Below the pieces are notes generated by a model, which had not been told where the DNA came from, did no database searches, and saw only the letters and a program-made list of their open reading frames with translations. DNA of 63,387 bases, counting the filler, from Asterionella formosa (Eukaryota): the NCBI GenBank assembly GCA_002256025.1. It is 3 parts of 3 records of this genome, joined end to end, with 100 filler letters (N's around TTAATTAATTAA, not from the genome) between each part and the next. Parts side by side here need not be neighbours in the genome. Positions count along the whole stretch, not along the records: positions 1 to 30,647 come from NKIB01000835.1; positions 30,748 to 61,366 come from NKIB01000844.1; 1 more part is not named here. One strand, 5' to 3'. Every line of letters begins with the position of its first letter. Position 1 is the first letter of the stretch. Below, piece after piece: positions 24,718-37,189 of this stretch. The translations under genes were made by a program, and so were the position numbers.

Positions 24718-25170
24718 TGCCATTCCAGACATATTCACAATACAGATATGCTATTCATATGTTTTGTATATTTAGAATTAATAAAACTGATAATTTTTGT
24801 AAAAGAATAAGAGAATTCATATTGGATGTTGACAATACTGGCCGATGGTAAGGATGATTGTCAATATGCTTCATGCATCCGGTTGGTGCTGACAGCGACC
24901 ACATTGTTTCGATTTCCTTCATCAATTCATGCCCGATTGCATTCCAAAAATTTGCAGTCCTCGATAACAGGTATTTATCCGAATAGATATTAAGTCCATC
25001 ACTTAAATCTCGATATGAATTGATTCGTACTGTACCTGTTTTGTTTAGTATTAGGGTTGGTTGTTGCTTGCATCTGGTTGAATTATGTCGCGATATTTCT
25101 CGAGATCCATTTTGCTTCGCTTTTCTCAATCAATTAAGTATCGATTACACTCAAACAATTGTAATCGATA
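24718..25170. repeat. ~430-450 bp direct repeat; second copy at ~27306-27730
   Basis: Shared gccattccagacatattcacaatac, gaataagagaattcatattggatg and attagggttggttgttgcttgcatc blocks. Confidence 0.9.
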
Positions 25171-25759
25171 GAATACAATACTAGCGCTCATATAAAGTTA
25201 GCTTAAGTGTTCAAATCGGAATTGAAATGAGTGAACGATAGGACAATATCGACAGTTAACCCATTACAACAACGTCATAATGAAAGATGATAAAATCTCC
25301 ATCCTCCTAGATTTCATGATCATTCTTCCCTTTAAACTTGCTTGGCTTCGCCCCATCCCGTTGGACGCATGCAATCCAAATGATGCTGAAAAAAGACTTG
25401 GGTAGCCCACTTAGCTAGTAGCACACGCCAAACTTTTGGAGGCAGATGGCATGAACCTCGCCTTTCGCCTCCTGATTTTGTACTGCTGTGGTATGGGGAC
25501 GATGAGACAGCAACTCCGCATTGACCATGACGACATTATTGGACACAATATCTCCACTAATATTGACAATGAACAATTCCTATCATGCATGTTTATGCAG
25601 AATTACATAGTCAAAATAATTGTTCAATAACAAAAATTTTTTGCAGTAGCATTGACAATAAAAGCTTGAAATCGCCACTAGAAGTTGTTTTTGGTTGTAG
25701 TTTGCTCAGTTTTGAGGATACACTTACATGCAAGGATGTTTATGCACTGTTTTCTTTCC

Positions 25760-26900
25760 ATTTGTTGATATTTTTTGCTGTTGTTGTGATCTTCTCTCAT
25801 ATTCTCCTTTGTCTTCTTTCGGAATCGTTAGCGCATGCATTACTTATTTGTCATGAAGTAGAAGAAGGGCTTGCTTGTCGTCTTCTTACCTGTCATTCAT
25901 ATACTTACTCTGCAAATGCTGTTCTTTATCTACAGCCAATCAATTTGTTGAGCGAAGATATTGCTGGGAATCAAGAAACAAGGTATGCAAAAAGAAAATG
26001 ATGCCTTGCTTGTGTAACAATTCTTTGTTCATAAACCCACTCTGCAAACATTGTTCCCTGATTGCAGACAATCAATTTGATGAGGGCTGGGCTGGCCATT
26101 GGGGAACATCATCTACAACGCCGACTACTGGTACAGCCGCCTGAAAAAATGTTAAGTATATAGCTACATATATAATTTAAGGGTGTGACATCGCTCACAT
26201 AAAAATTATTTTAGAAACCCACATAATTTTTGGGGCCAACAGACAATATTTTCTGGCGACAAGAAGAAAAATTTGTTCAGGAATATCTCTATAATACGCT
26301 ACTTTTCTCTACAATTCGCAACATTTCCGTTCAGAAATATTCTTCACTCTGACTACCATTAACTTTGTTTGTTCGCTCCAATCAACGTTTCAATTTAATT
26401 CTACGATCGCAAAATCAATCAAATTAATCGCTTCGCTATATAGTTTATATTGATACTTTCTATAGAATGTGATTCTCAAACCAATACAATAAGCAATGGA
26501 TGTTCATTCTTGCAGCTAGATAATGTAACTAATCGCAAGATTGCTTGGCTACTCATACTTGCAGGAGTCCCTCTTACTACTACCGGTAGATCAATTCATA
26601 GCAAATGAGCCGGCTGCTCATTCTCATTGCTCAGATTGATTGTCTGTTGTAGAAAGAGGGCAACATTTGCAGAGTGAGTTGACGAGAAAACAAAAGTTGC
26701 GAAGCCATGCTTTCGGTTATGTTGTGCTCCTTACCATGTTCCCCAATGTCCAACCCGGCCCTCATCAAATTGATTGTCTGCAACCAGTGAACAACGGTCG
26801 CAGAGTGAGTTCATGGACAAACAATTGTTACAAAGGCATCATTTTCGTTGTGCTTACCATGCCGCCTGATTCCAAACAAATCCCTTGCTCAACAGATTGA
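25760..26900. repeat. Two oppositely oriented partial copies of the 8.3-9.6 kb repeat, forming a local imperfect fold-back
   Basis: 26070-26110 atcaatttgatgagggc..cattggggaacat is the approximate reverse complement of 26737-26775 atgttccccaatg..gccctcatcaaattgat. Confidence 0.85.
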
Positions 26901-28599
26901 TTGATGATTTGGACATCATACATCTGGTACCTGGTACCACTCGTTGATTACCGGTACATTTTCAAATATTTGCTGAGCCGCCGGGTCGTATATAAGAAAA
27001 TTAATCGTCGGTACATATACATACAGTGATGCACAATGTCTATATATATATTTAGCTATTTCAAAAAGGAATCTATGTACGTACGCGCAAATTTCCACTG
27101 ATTTGAATATTTCAAACGGAATCATGTCATTCAAAAATAGCTCCTATAAATTCTTAGTTCCAGGGAATTTCGGCAACCCTAAGCAATCTTTTAATTTTTG
27201 TCTTAGGGTTGAAATGCAGGAACCTTAAGCAAAATGACTGCAACTTGCAGGTACCAGGGTACCTATTCATTAGCTGAGGTCAACGCACTCAGCATGCATC
27301 ACGTTGCCATTCCAGACATATTCACAATACATGTATGTTATCCATATATTTGTATCTTTAGAATTCACATGAAGTAAAATTGATGTAAACGAATAAGAGA
27401 ATTCATATTGGATGCTGACAAAATCGATGATAAGGATGATTGTTGATATGCTTCATGCATCCAGTTGCCGACAACCACATCGCTTCGATTTTCTCCATCA
27501 ATTCATACCCGATAGCACTCCAAAGATTTGCAGTCGATAACACACACTAATTTGAATAAATATTTAGTTGAGCATTTCAAATTCAATATTAAATGATTTG
27601 TTCCATACCTGTTTTGTGCTCATTAGGGTTGGTTGTTGCTTGCATCATGAATCATGTCGTGATATTTCTCGAGATCCATTTCACTCCGTTTTTCTCAATC
27701 AAATAAGGGCAGATTGCAATCAAACAATTTGTTGTGAATTTGTCTTTCGCAATGATTTATCCTCTAAAAAGATTTATCCTGAATTCTTAAAATATTTAGT
27801 TGTAACATCAACTAGTCCTGCCTTGGAAATAACTGTATGATTGTGAACCATAACATGAAACCACGACAAGTAATTTTGTTCAGTATATTAGTAAATATTA
27901 TTTACGTGAAGTGCAAAACCATAAACTGTAGCATGAATTACTAAGACGACACCACTAATATCCTTACTAGTTCTATTTCACAAAGGAAGATGCATGCTGT
28001 AAATGAATTAGCCTCAAGAGCAGGACTTAGTTGAACTTTGATATGAATTATTTGAAACATCGACTAATTCAGTCTCAAGTTCAAAGTTTTTTGTGAAATC
28101 TTCACATGAAACCGTGAAAGTAACCTTTTTTATGGGAAGAGTAGCATTAATTCATGTGAAGTACAGTACCACATAATTAACACTCCTACGTAGAACAAAT
28201 TTCGAGAAGTGGTGTATTTCACGGCTTAGATGTGGTACAGTACCTTACTGATTTTTATATGTAGTTTGTGCATCAAGTAATATTGAAAACTACATACAGC
28301 AGCGTAGATTAAATATTACCTATAGACAGGAACCATGAGCATACATGTTGGCATACTCCGGTATATATTTGGCGTTGAGCAAAATCATGTCTACAGACAG
28401 CGATGTTGATATACCTGGTAGTACAAACGTTCAAATATCATTTTTGTTTGTTTAAAATGGAACTCCATCAATCTGGCACCGATTCCAATTTACGGTTGCG
28501 GCCCCACAGTTACATATCGCGAGGTCTGTTTTTTCCCAAAATAATTTTATGATGTAATTCAATCTACACAGTACGTACAACTAAATAAAATAGTTAAAG

Positions 28600-30360
28600 G
28601 TAAAATTAGAAAGGAATGCATGAGAAAGGCAATCAAATGGGACACTTTGCAATCAACAACATGTTTGTTCTTGGTTGTTATGAAGCAGGAATGGGTACGG
28701 TTGATGCTGATATAACATGCTCATCCCTTTCCTTACCTTTGCAGAGTGGTTACTGGAGTAGGAAGGGAAGGTTCAATCAACTGGAGCAATGAACAGGCGA
28801 AGCTGAAATCGATGTAACAAAACATTCAATGAGAGAGTCAGTGAATGAGGAGGTACCACTTACTCTGGATGTACATGAACATCATGTTTGGTCTGATATT
28901 GGGAAAGACTATTCTTGGTGGGAAAATCTTAGCGAAAAAGCATGAGTGATCCTGGAGAACATGCCAAGACTTACAGTAAGTTTTGATATGGGCTGGCAGC
29001 AGTGCTCCAGTAATAATAAATATAATTCGAATAGCGGGCATGCTTTTTGTATTGGGGGCTATTCAAAAAAGATACTGGACTACTTTGTAAAATCAAAGGT
29101 ATGCAACACTTGTGACTATGCTGCCCGGCGGTTTACATCAGCCAAGCCTCATGACTGCCCTAAGAATCACCAATTGGGTAGTTCCAAGTCAATGGAACCT
29201 GATGCTGGGGATGAAATGGTGATCAAGGCAGTGAATAACTATCAAGTCTTCTACACTACAATGATCTGTGATGACGATTCCACTATGTGAGCTAACTGCA
29301 AATGGTCTCATAAGGATTTACAACTTCAAAATCCATTGTTTGAATGGCCAAAAAATAACAATGGCGCAAAAAAGGCAAACCATGGATGCCTCCCAATACA
29401 TGTCAAAGAACCGGTTTTTTTATCAGATCCCTCTCACCAAGTTCATGTATTACTACACCCCTGCTTCTTGCTGTCTCGAAGCCCAAAATCCGATGTGAGA
29501 TTGACAAAACAGGACTGCCTGCGTCTGAAATTTTTCATGGTTGTTTCATTAAAAAATCGACATTAAACATTTGAAGATTTCCAATTAGCATCAATGGCGC
29601 CAACGCACCACTTATTTGACAGTCACAAGCACTGTAATCCGGAATGGTGTCCTGCAAAAGCAAATAAAAATGTCAGTACAGGAAAATATCGGAACATTGA
29701 ATACAATAAGGAAATGTTTGATTGGTTAATTCAATCTTTTGGAAAAAGGATGGAAGGTGAGAAACTCAAAGCTTTACATCACCCATTTGATACACAAATG
29801 AATGAGGCAATGAACAATGCTGTTGCAAGGCGTTGTCCAAAAAACAAAATGTTTGCTGGCTCCCAAAGCCTGGTCTATCGAGTAGCATCAGTGGCAGTAC
29901 AACAGACAAAAGGCGCTAATAAATACATGTCAGATGTATATGAAAGATTAGGAATGACAATGTCAACCCGCCCAACAACAAACCTTTTGGAGTAAACGGC
30001 AGAAAAAGCGAAGAAATGATGCGGAACACAAGAAAAACCCAAAAAGGAAACGCAAACGAAGCGAAGTAATCCATAGTTCAAGATTTGAAATTATTAAACA
30101 AGAAAAGAGGAAGAACTTACGAATCAGGTATAGCAGTCACAGAGGATACCAAAGGAAGTGGTCAACCTCCTGCCACCAAGAAATGCAACCATTGTGGACT
30201 TACCGATCATTTGAGAAGGACGAATGCACGCTGTCCATTCAACAACAGCAACACGAGAGCACCTCCTCCTCTTGTTCAGGGGGTCCAACATGAAACTACT
30301 GGTACTAGTACTGATTTTACTGATGCATCAAATGCATCATCTAAGCCGCGTATTACGTGA
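28600..30360 (+). pseudogene. Degenerate 'Mutator-like' DDE transposase
   Basis: LTVSFDMGWQQ..NSNSGHAFCIG..ILDYFVKSKVCNTC..HDCPKNH.GSSKSME..ICDDDSTM, FLSDPSH, HHLFDSHKHCNPEWC, DTQMNEAMNNAVARRCPK, C-terminal CNHCGLTDH; broken by stops and frameshifts; flanked by (t)cac(a/g)tgaa-type subterminal repeats. Confidence 0.8.
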
Positions 30361-30532
30361 AGTGACCATCACGTAAATAAGCCTAGTTGATTTTGAATGG
30401 ATCACATGAATTAGTTGAATACATCAAAATGCTTACTTGAATATATCTATATATTATCTTAATACATCACGTTAATTATTTGATCAGAGTATCATGCATG
30501 CATTCCTGATCATCACTATATTACGTGATCAC

Positions 30533-30647
30533 CTTCACATAATTATTTGAAATACTTCACATAATTATTTGAAATACTTCACATAATTATTTGAAATACT
30601 TCACATAATTATTTGAAATACTTCACATAATTATTTGAAATACTTCA
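30533..30647. repeat. Perfect 22-bp minisatellite (cttcacataattatttgaaata) x~5, running into the assembly gap
   Basis: Directly visible; probably the subterminal repeat of the adjacent transposon. Confidence 0.95.
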
Positions 30648-30747
30648 NNNNNNNNNNNNNNNNNNNNNNNNNNNNNNNNNNNNNNNNNNNNTTAATTAAT
30701 TAANNNNNNNNNNNNNNNNNNNNNNNNNNNNNNNNNNNNNNNNNNNN
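30648..30747. other. Artificial 100-bp contig spacer N44-TTAATTAATTAA-N44 (same spacer at 61367-61466)
   Basis: Identical six-frame-stop linker embedded in Ns twice. Confidence 0.95.
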
Positions 30748-30874
30748 ATCTAGCAGGAAGGCTAGAAGCAGAGACAAGAGAGAAAGTGAGTGGTACTAGG
30801 TAGTACTACGATCACGTAAGAGTCTACGTGAAGAGAGACCCAACCCGCGGGAAGGAGTACGGACCATTTCAACA
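30748..30874 (+). mobile_element. 3' part of a Copia LTR, same family as the element at 59.6 kb
   Basis: 127 bp matching 59888-60014 with 3 substitutions seen; ends ...catttcaaca. Confidence 0.95.
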
Positions 30875-31076
30875 CACCCAGCCACATTCTCAAAACGGTG
30901 ACGATGGAGCACGGTGCATAAAATGAGCAAGAGGGGACCTTACTATATTACAGTAGATGTGTTGAAATTACCCTCGCAGTAGACTCAAAACATCATTACC
31001 TGTAATCTGGTTGACAATTTGCCCCCGTATTTGGCATACTGTCTCGATAATGCATACAAATGCCCATCGAACACCT

Positions 31077-31793
31077 ATGAAAGCAATTGTTCTTCGCTGT
31101 CTCCTCTGGCTCGGAACCCTCGTCCTTCCGCGGCATGCCTTCTTCACATTGTGTCCATCACGGAGAAAACTTGCGAACCTCCCATATAAGCTATCTCCAA
31201 TAATGTCGAGCTCAGAGAAATCCGAAGTACCCATTTACCTACATCATACTGCTATTAAAACGCGTGACATTGAAACGTGCATTCAGTTCTATTCCTTGTT
31301 CGGATTTGAGGTCGATACCAAATTTAGGGCTGGTTCCGAGCGCGCTGCATGGTTGTCGCACGACCATGGGACTCGGTTGGAAGTGTTGGAACTTCCAACC
31401 TCCCTGCTCAACGAGCCATCTGGCATGAAACGGCGAGCCCTAGATCTTATGCAACATCCACAGTTGCTAGGATTCAATCACCTTGCTCTGGATGTGACAG
31501 AGTCAATGAGGGTAAATGAAGTGACGGAACTCCAAGGGTGGCTAGATCGCTTGAATGAAACTTCTTTAACTACCTTTGGCAAGACTTTGCGGATTGCTGT
31601 ACCGCCGAGACAGCAAATAATTGGAAATGGCGTCTATCAGTTGGCTTTCTTATATGATGCGGATGGAGCCCTAGTGGAGTTAATACGAAAGCAGTGTATA
31701 CTGGAGCAACCTATGGATGATGGTTGGGCCCCGTGGGATGCGAATGACGTGCAGCTGAGCTTGGATTTTGACCTGGAGAATAGCAAAGAATAG
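31077..31793 (+). CDS. VOC/glyoxalase-superfamily protein, probably plastid-targeted
   Basis: LHHTAIKTRDIETCIQFY, RLEVLEL, GFNHLALDV, FLYDADGALVELI (H/E/H/E metal ligands); hydrophobic leader ending HA-FF; start Met uncertain (31050 or 31077). Confidence 0.85.
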   Translation: MKAIVLRCLLWLGTLVLPRHAFFTLCPSRRKLANLPYKLSPIMSSSEKSEVPIYLHHTAIKTRDIETCIQFYSLFGFEVDTKFRAGSERAAWLSHDHGTRLEVLELPTSLLNEPSGMKRRALDLMQHPQLLGFNHLALDVTESMRVNEVTELQGWLDRLNETSLTTFGKTLRIAVPPRQQIIGNGVYQLAFLYDADGALVELIRKQCILEQPMDDGWAPWDANDVQLSLDFDLENSKE

Positions 31794-31940
31794 ACATATC
31801 AGGTCCTCTAGGCAATGAGCATGTAATAACTAAGAAGCAAAGATATCATGTCACGAGAGTGTAGCAGACCCCTACCCCCTTGCGTGCCATCCCCTTCACT
31901 CATACTGCAAATAAACTCCTTTTTAGTCTTATCAGAATAA

Positions 31941-32384
31941 TTAAAGAGGAATGAATCGAGTCTGATGGGCAGCACTCACACCAGGTCGTCCATGGCGAAC
32001 AGGCTTGTACGTAATAGCGAATTCTCCCAAGTACATGCCAATCATTTCAGGCTTCATTTCCACACCGCAAAACATCTTTCCGTTGTAAATACCGATAATA
32101 CTTCCAACCATTTCAGGGACAATAATCATGTTGCGAAGGTGGGTCTTGACACCACGAGGCTTCTCTCCGGGAGGCGTTTCCTTCTTCGCCTGACGGAGAC
32201 GCTTGATCAGCGCCATGGGCTTTCGTTTCAAACCACGCGACATACGACGACGCGCTCTGGCCGTCACCAAATCCATGAGTTGGTCGTTTGTCAAGTCGAG
32301 GAGGGCATCGAGCTCGATACCACGGTAGGTAAATTTACGGAAAGTACGCTTTTTGCGGAGTTCGGCGACCTTTTCTTCGTCCAT
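31941..32384 (-). CDS. RPS15: 40S ribosomal protein S15 (uS19)
   Basis: [67 protein letters not shown]; intronless. Confidence 0.98.
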   Translation of the reverse strand: MDEEKVAELRKKRTFRKFTYRGIELDALLDLTNDQLMDLVTARARRRMSRGLKRKPMALIKRLRQAKKETPPGEKPRGVKTHLRNMIIVPEMVGSIIGIYNGKMFCGVEMKPEMIGMYLGEFAITYKPVRHGRPGVSAAHQTRFIPL

Positions 32385-33474
32385 TTTGATATCGTTTGAT
32401 GTGATGATAAATGTAAACTGAGGAGTAGGGAGGAAGAAGTTGTTAGCAATCGAGGTGAAAGATGAAGGCAAATGACTAGCGATTGCAGAATTCCTCTAAA
32501 TCTAAGAAACGCATGCAACATGCCGCACAAGCTGAAATTTGCATGGGTAACGAAGGCACAGGCAGTAATCAAAAAACTGCCAATGGAGTATTTTGTCGTT
32601 CGCAGTCGCCGCTACAAAAGCACTTGCATCGAAATTGCTTTCCCCTTTATTTGGATAGAGCCACTCTACTCCTACACTCATGTATCCGTTGAGAACGCCA
32701 TGACCAGCAAGGAGCACACACCTTTCAAAGAAGTAGTTTACGATAATCCCGATGCCTCACGAAACCCCTTTTCAGTTTTTGAGTAAGCAGCAAAAGGTAA
32801 GTTTAGTCGAAGGCGTCGGCCATCGATAAATGGTCGCAGGGGTCGATTGTCCATCATAATTCGAGAAGCAAACAAGAGCGATGCTGAACTTACCGGTATA
32901 CCGGTATGTACCTGCGCGCTGTAAGATACCGCTCAGCTGTACCGGTATTATACCTGGTATGTACCAGTTGTCATCTTGACTCTACATACATATATGCACC
33001 GGTATGTAAATCACATCCACCAACCAGTAGCTATCAGGAGCAGCAGGACTGGTGTCCGTTCAAACATATATTTTGGTGGCGTGGTATTATGAGATTCATG
33101 CGTTCGTGGTGGTCCCGGTAGTGCAGTCGTCCGGTTTATTGTTGCTACTCCGAGTAGTACCAGGTACCAGGTAAACCATATCGTATGTTGTTGTGTGTAC
33201 TTACGGTAGACTACAATTCCTATCTAGCCTTACATATGATAAATGTTGTCGTAGAGAAAAGAATACGTTCTGTTATCGTGTGTTCTTTAGCCGGCTTCTC
33301 TTCTCGGGTTTCTTGATGTACGGGTTTTGTATTGTGCATCTTCGATGCGAAGCCTATCATTATTTACCGGTAGTATGGTACTGGATCTGATTTGTTACTT
33401 GTTGAAAATCTCAAAACATCCACAAAACTAGGTAGACAAAATTGATTTCAAAAATATAACTAGAAGCTTTACCC

Positions 33475-35802
33475 ATGGCGTATCGAGTTCTCTTTCAAAG
33501 CCGGTGCTCGATAGCGAGAGCAACCAATCGTCATCCAGCGCGACGAATGGCACGATCCTTTTCGATTTTGACTGATGATTTCCTTGACTATGTGAAGCCG
33601 AAATCGGTCGAACAGTGGGAAAAATTGGCAGAAAAGGAACTGAGAGGCGCTACAACCGTCGATGCAATGCGGACTCAGCGAATCACTCCTGAGGGCATTG
33701 CCCTCCAACCAGTCTATTTCGATCTCAAAGACGAGAATCCTGATATGCCAGGCGTTTTCCCCTACACGAGAGGTCCTTACGCTACCATGTACACGCATCG
33801 GCCCTGGACAATTCGTCAATACGCTGGATTTTCTACAGCTGAAGAGTCGAATGCCTTTTACAAACAGAACCTTAATGCCGGTCAACAGGGTCTAAGTGTC
33901 GCATTTGACTTGGCGACTCACCGAGGTTATGACAGTGATCATGATCGAGTTGTCGGAGATGTGGGCATGGCAGGTGTGCCAATCGATTCTATTTTGGATA
34001 TGAAGATTCTATTCGATGATATAGACTTGACGAAAGTATCGGTTAGTATGACCATGAATGGAGCTGTTCTCCCAATCTTGGCCATGTATGTTCAAACCGC
34101 CATAGAACAGAACCCAGGGAAAGATGCAGCCGAAGTTTTGCCGAAGCTTCAAGGAACCATTCAAAATGACATTCTGAAAGAATTTATGGTGAGAAACACT
34201 TACATATATCCACCCGAGCCAAGCATGAGAGTCATTTCTGATATTATGGGTTATCTGGCTGGGAACATGCCTAAGTTCAATTCAATTTCCATTTCGGGAT
34301 ATCACATGCAAGAGGCCGGAGCAGATGCAGCATTAGAAATGGCCTTTACAATTGCTGATGGTCTTGAGTACATGCGTACTGCCGTCAAGCACGCGCATCT
34401 AGATGTCGATCAGGTAGCTCCTCGGCTCTCATTCTTTTGGGGGATTGGAATGAACTACTACACGGAGATCGCGAAACTTCGAGCCGCTCGTAAAGTATGG
34501 GCTCAAATGATTCAAGAGGAATTCAGGCCCAAGAGTGACAAGTCATTATTGCTCAGAACGCACTGCCAAACCTCAGGTTACTCTCTGACAGAAGCACAGC
34601 CAATGAATAATATCATCAGAACAACAATTGAAGCCATGGCTGCAGTGCAAGGTGGCACTCAGTCGCTGCACACAAACTCCTATGATGAAGCCGTTGGCCT
34701 TCCAACGGTTCAGACAGCCCGTGTGGCTCGCAATACCCAACTCATTCTACAAGATGAAACTGGAATATGTGATGTCGCTGATCCTTGGGGAGGCAGCTAC
34801 ATGATGGAATCGCTTACGACGGAGATCGAAGAGAAGGCTCGAGCCATTATCAAGGAAGTTGAAGATATGGGTGGCATGACTAAGTATATTGCCAGCGGTA
34901 TGGCCAAAATGAGAATTGAAGAGAGTGCGACACGCAAACAAGGCAGAATCGATTCTTGTCAAGATATTGTAGTCGGTGTCAACAAATACACTCTCAGTAA
35001 GGAGGAGGAAGCAATAGAGCGAACGAATGTGTTGCAAATTGACAATTCAGCGGTTCGAGAGGAGCAAATTTCTCGAATCGAAATGATGAAAGCGAATCGA
35101 GATGAAGCTGCGGCTCAAGAGATCCTTGGCAAGTTAGAAGCAAGCGCCAGGATGGAGCGAAGTACAAGTGCTGGTGACGATCCCGACAACCTGATGAAAC
35201 TTTGTATTGATGCAGCCAGAATCCGATGCACGCTTGGTGAAATATCAATGGCACTTGAAAATGCATGGGGTCGTCATGTTCCTACCACAAATGTCGTGCA
35301 GGGAGCTTATCACTCTTCTTTTACTTCTGGAAACAAGAAGGACAGTGAATACGAGGATATTCTTAAGCTTGTGAATAAGTTTGCAGAAACCGAAGGACGA
35401 AGGCCTCGAATCTTGGTCGCAAAAATGGGACAGGACGGTCATGATCGAGGAGCCAAAGTGATTGCATCTGGTTTTTCTGATCTTGGCTTCGATGTTGATG
35501 TCGGGCCGCTGTTCCAAACTCCGGCAGAAGTTGCTCTACAAGCGTTGGACGCAGACGTTCATGTAATTGGAATTTCATCGCAAGCAGCCGGGCACAAAAC
35601 CTTGCTTCCAGCACTACAGAAAGAGTTGAATGATCGGGGAGCAAATCACATTGTTGTAGTTGCCGGCGGTGTGATCCCTCCACAGGATTACGAATTTTTG
35701 ATGGACGATACGAAATCGTGCAAAGCCATATTTGGACCAGGAACGAGAATCACAGATGCTGCCAAAGAAGTGTTGCGCCTTATCCCAAAGAGTTCCGTTT
35801 AG
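33475..35802 (+). CDS. MMUT: Methylmalonyl-CoA mutase (adenosylcobalamin-dependent), mitochondrial
   Basis: [56 protein letters not shown] (DxHxxG B12 motif); Arg-rich N-terminal presequence. Confidence 0.98.
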   Translation: MAYRVLFQSRCSIARATNRHPARRMARSFSILTDDFLDYVKPKSVEQWEKLAEKELRGATTVDAMRTQRITPEGIALQPVYFDLKDENPDMPGVFPYTRGPYATMYTHRPWTIRQYAGFSTAEESNAFYKQNLNAGQQGLSVAFDLATHRGYDSDHDRVVGDVGMAGVPIDSILDMKILFDDIDLTKVSVSMTMNGAVLPILAMYVQTAIEQNPGKDAAEVLPKLQGTIQNDILKEFMVRNTYIYPPEPSMRVISDIMGYLAGNMPKFNSISISGYHMQEAGADAALEMAFTIADGLEYMRTAVKHAHLDVDQVAPRLSFFWGIGMNYYTEIAKLRAARKVWAQMIQEEFRPKSDKSLLLRTHCQTSGYSLTEAQPMNNIIRTTIEAMAAVQGGTQSLHTNSYDEAVGLPTVQTARVARNTQLILQDETGICDVADPWGGSYMMESLTTEIEEKARAIIKEVEDMGGMTKYIASGMAKMRIEESATRKQGRIDSCQDIVVGVNKYTLSKEEEAIERTNVLQIDNSAVREEQISRIEMMKANRDEAAAQEILGKLEASARMERSTSAGDDPDNLMKLCIDAARIRCTLGEISMALENAWGRHVPTTNVVQGAYHSSFTSGNKKDSEYEDILKLVNKFAETEGRRPRILVAKMGQDGHDRGAKVIASGFSDLGFDVDVGPLFQTPAEVALQALDADVHVIGISSQAAGHKTLLPALQKELNDRGANHIVVVAGGVIPPQDYEFLMDDTKSCKAIFGPGTRITDAAKEVLRLIPKSSV

Positions 35803-36064
35803 AGAAAATACTACATCGATTTAAATTTATTAGTTGAGGAATTTTAGAACCTTCGACTCAGCTTTCAGAGATTGTTCAGCCCGATTGGACAAAACACTGT
35901 GTGCACGAGGCTTTAGTATCGGAGTGAGCAAACACCACTTATGCTATTGTAAGTTGTCGTTCAAAGGAAAAGGCCCCGTGTAGGATAGTTGGTGAGGATA
36001 TCGAAATGCAATATGGCACAACAACTATTTACCCAAGCATCCGACTCAGCGCATGAATGATTCA

Positions 36065-36662
36065 CTAATACCCCGGTGGTGGCAAACCCCGACCCATTCC
36101 AGGTGGCATCATTCCTGGTGCTCCCGGAGGAGGTGGCATCATACCAGGCCCGCCAACTCCATGTACTGGAGCGGGCCCCAAACCCATAGCAGGCCCGCCA
36201 CCCATTGGAGGCGCTGCTGTTCCTCGTCCAGCACCACGTGCCATTCCAGGGCCTCCGGGTGTCAGTTTCCCGGAAATGCTTGGGGGAGGAGGCCCTTCGA
36301 CAGCCAAACTGACGACGTTTTCTCCTCGAATCAAGACCAACCCCAGGCTCCTCTTCTCTGTTCGCTCTTCCACGACAGCGCCCTTGCTTCGTAGCGTTCG
36401 AAATTCTTCAGCTTCTGACAAGACCAAGTTCATGTGCTTGTCAAATGCAAGAAAAGTGCCCAGAATTGTGCGACCATCACCCAATGTAACGCGAAGTCTG
36501 TGCTCCACATATCGCAAGAGCTTGCTTCCTTTTCCTGATGGCTGATGATTGCAACAGAAAAAACCAAAACAGAGCGTTAGAACGGTCACTTCGTTGGCTG
36601 CAAGCAACAAGGGATTAGCAAAGATTCACATGATACTGAGATCAGTCGAAAGGACGTACCAT
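36065..36662 (-). CDS. SNRPB: Small nuclear ribonucleoprotein SmB/B'; ATG-only first exon 36660-36662, intron 36542-36659
   Basis: RLRVTLGDGRTILGTFLAFDKHMNLVL..AEEFR..LGLVLIRGENVVSL.VEGPPP plus Gly/Pro/Met tail with RG motifs; ATG|GTACGT...CAG|CCA splice. Confidence 0.95.
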
Positions 36663-37189
36663 AGTTGAAGGGACACTGAGATGTTCAATATGCGACGGAG
36701 GCCTTGACTCTCTTTTTGTTTTTGTGGTCTTTTTTGTCGTCTCATGATGAACTGGTACCTTTTATTGGTATCTGGTACACTGCCAGGTAAGAATATTATC
36801 ATGGATCATCGCTATGTAGTATCATAGCTAGGTATACTGGGACATGATACGTACATAGACTTGACGAACTGAAGCAACCTTGCGGCGCTACATCGATCAC
36901 ACATCACTCCTTACAATGCATCTGAAAGGTCCGGTAATCAAGATATTTAGCTTTATCTTTTCTGAAGTCAAAACCGTGTTTTACCGGACCTTCCTACCGC
37001 CTGTATCAATCATCATTAGATGTTGCGACGTGGTAGTCCTGGTCCCTGTGCGTTGCTTTTGGATGCATCTTGTGAGCAGCAGGAGGAAAATGTATATCCG
37101 GGTCTTTACATGTGATTGAGTCTATGTACCGGTCCAGATTAATGTATTCATCATAAAGTAGTTCCTAAGAAATTTTTTAAAGCACGCGT

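Noticed and set aside
30692..30703. TTAATTAATTAA palindrome within Ns (also 61411-61422)
   Set aside because: Artificial contig linker; adjacency across these joins should not be interpreted biologically
32810..32855. ggtcgcaggggtcgattg resembling a tRNA T-arm
   Set aside because: No acceptor stem or cloverleaf could be built
31965..35683. Antisense and alternative-frame ORFs overlapping RPS15, the mutase and other genes
   Set aside because: Shadow ORFs of well-supported genes with no independent motifs
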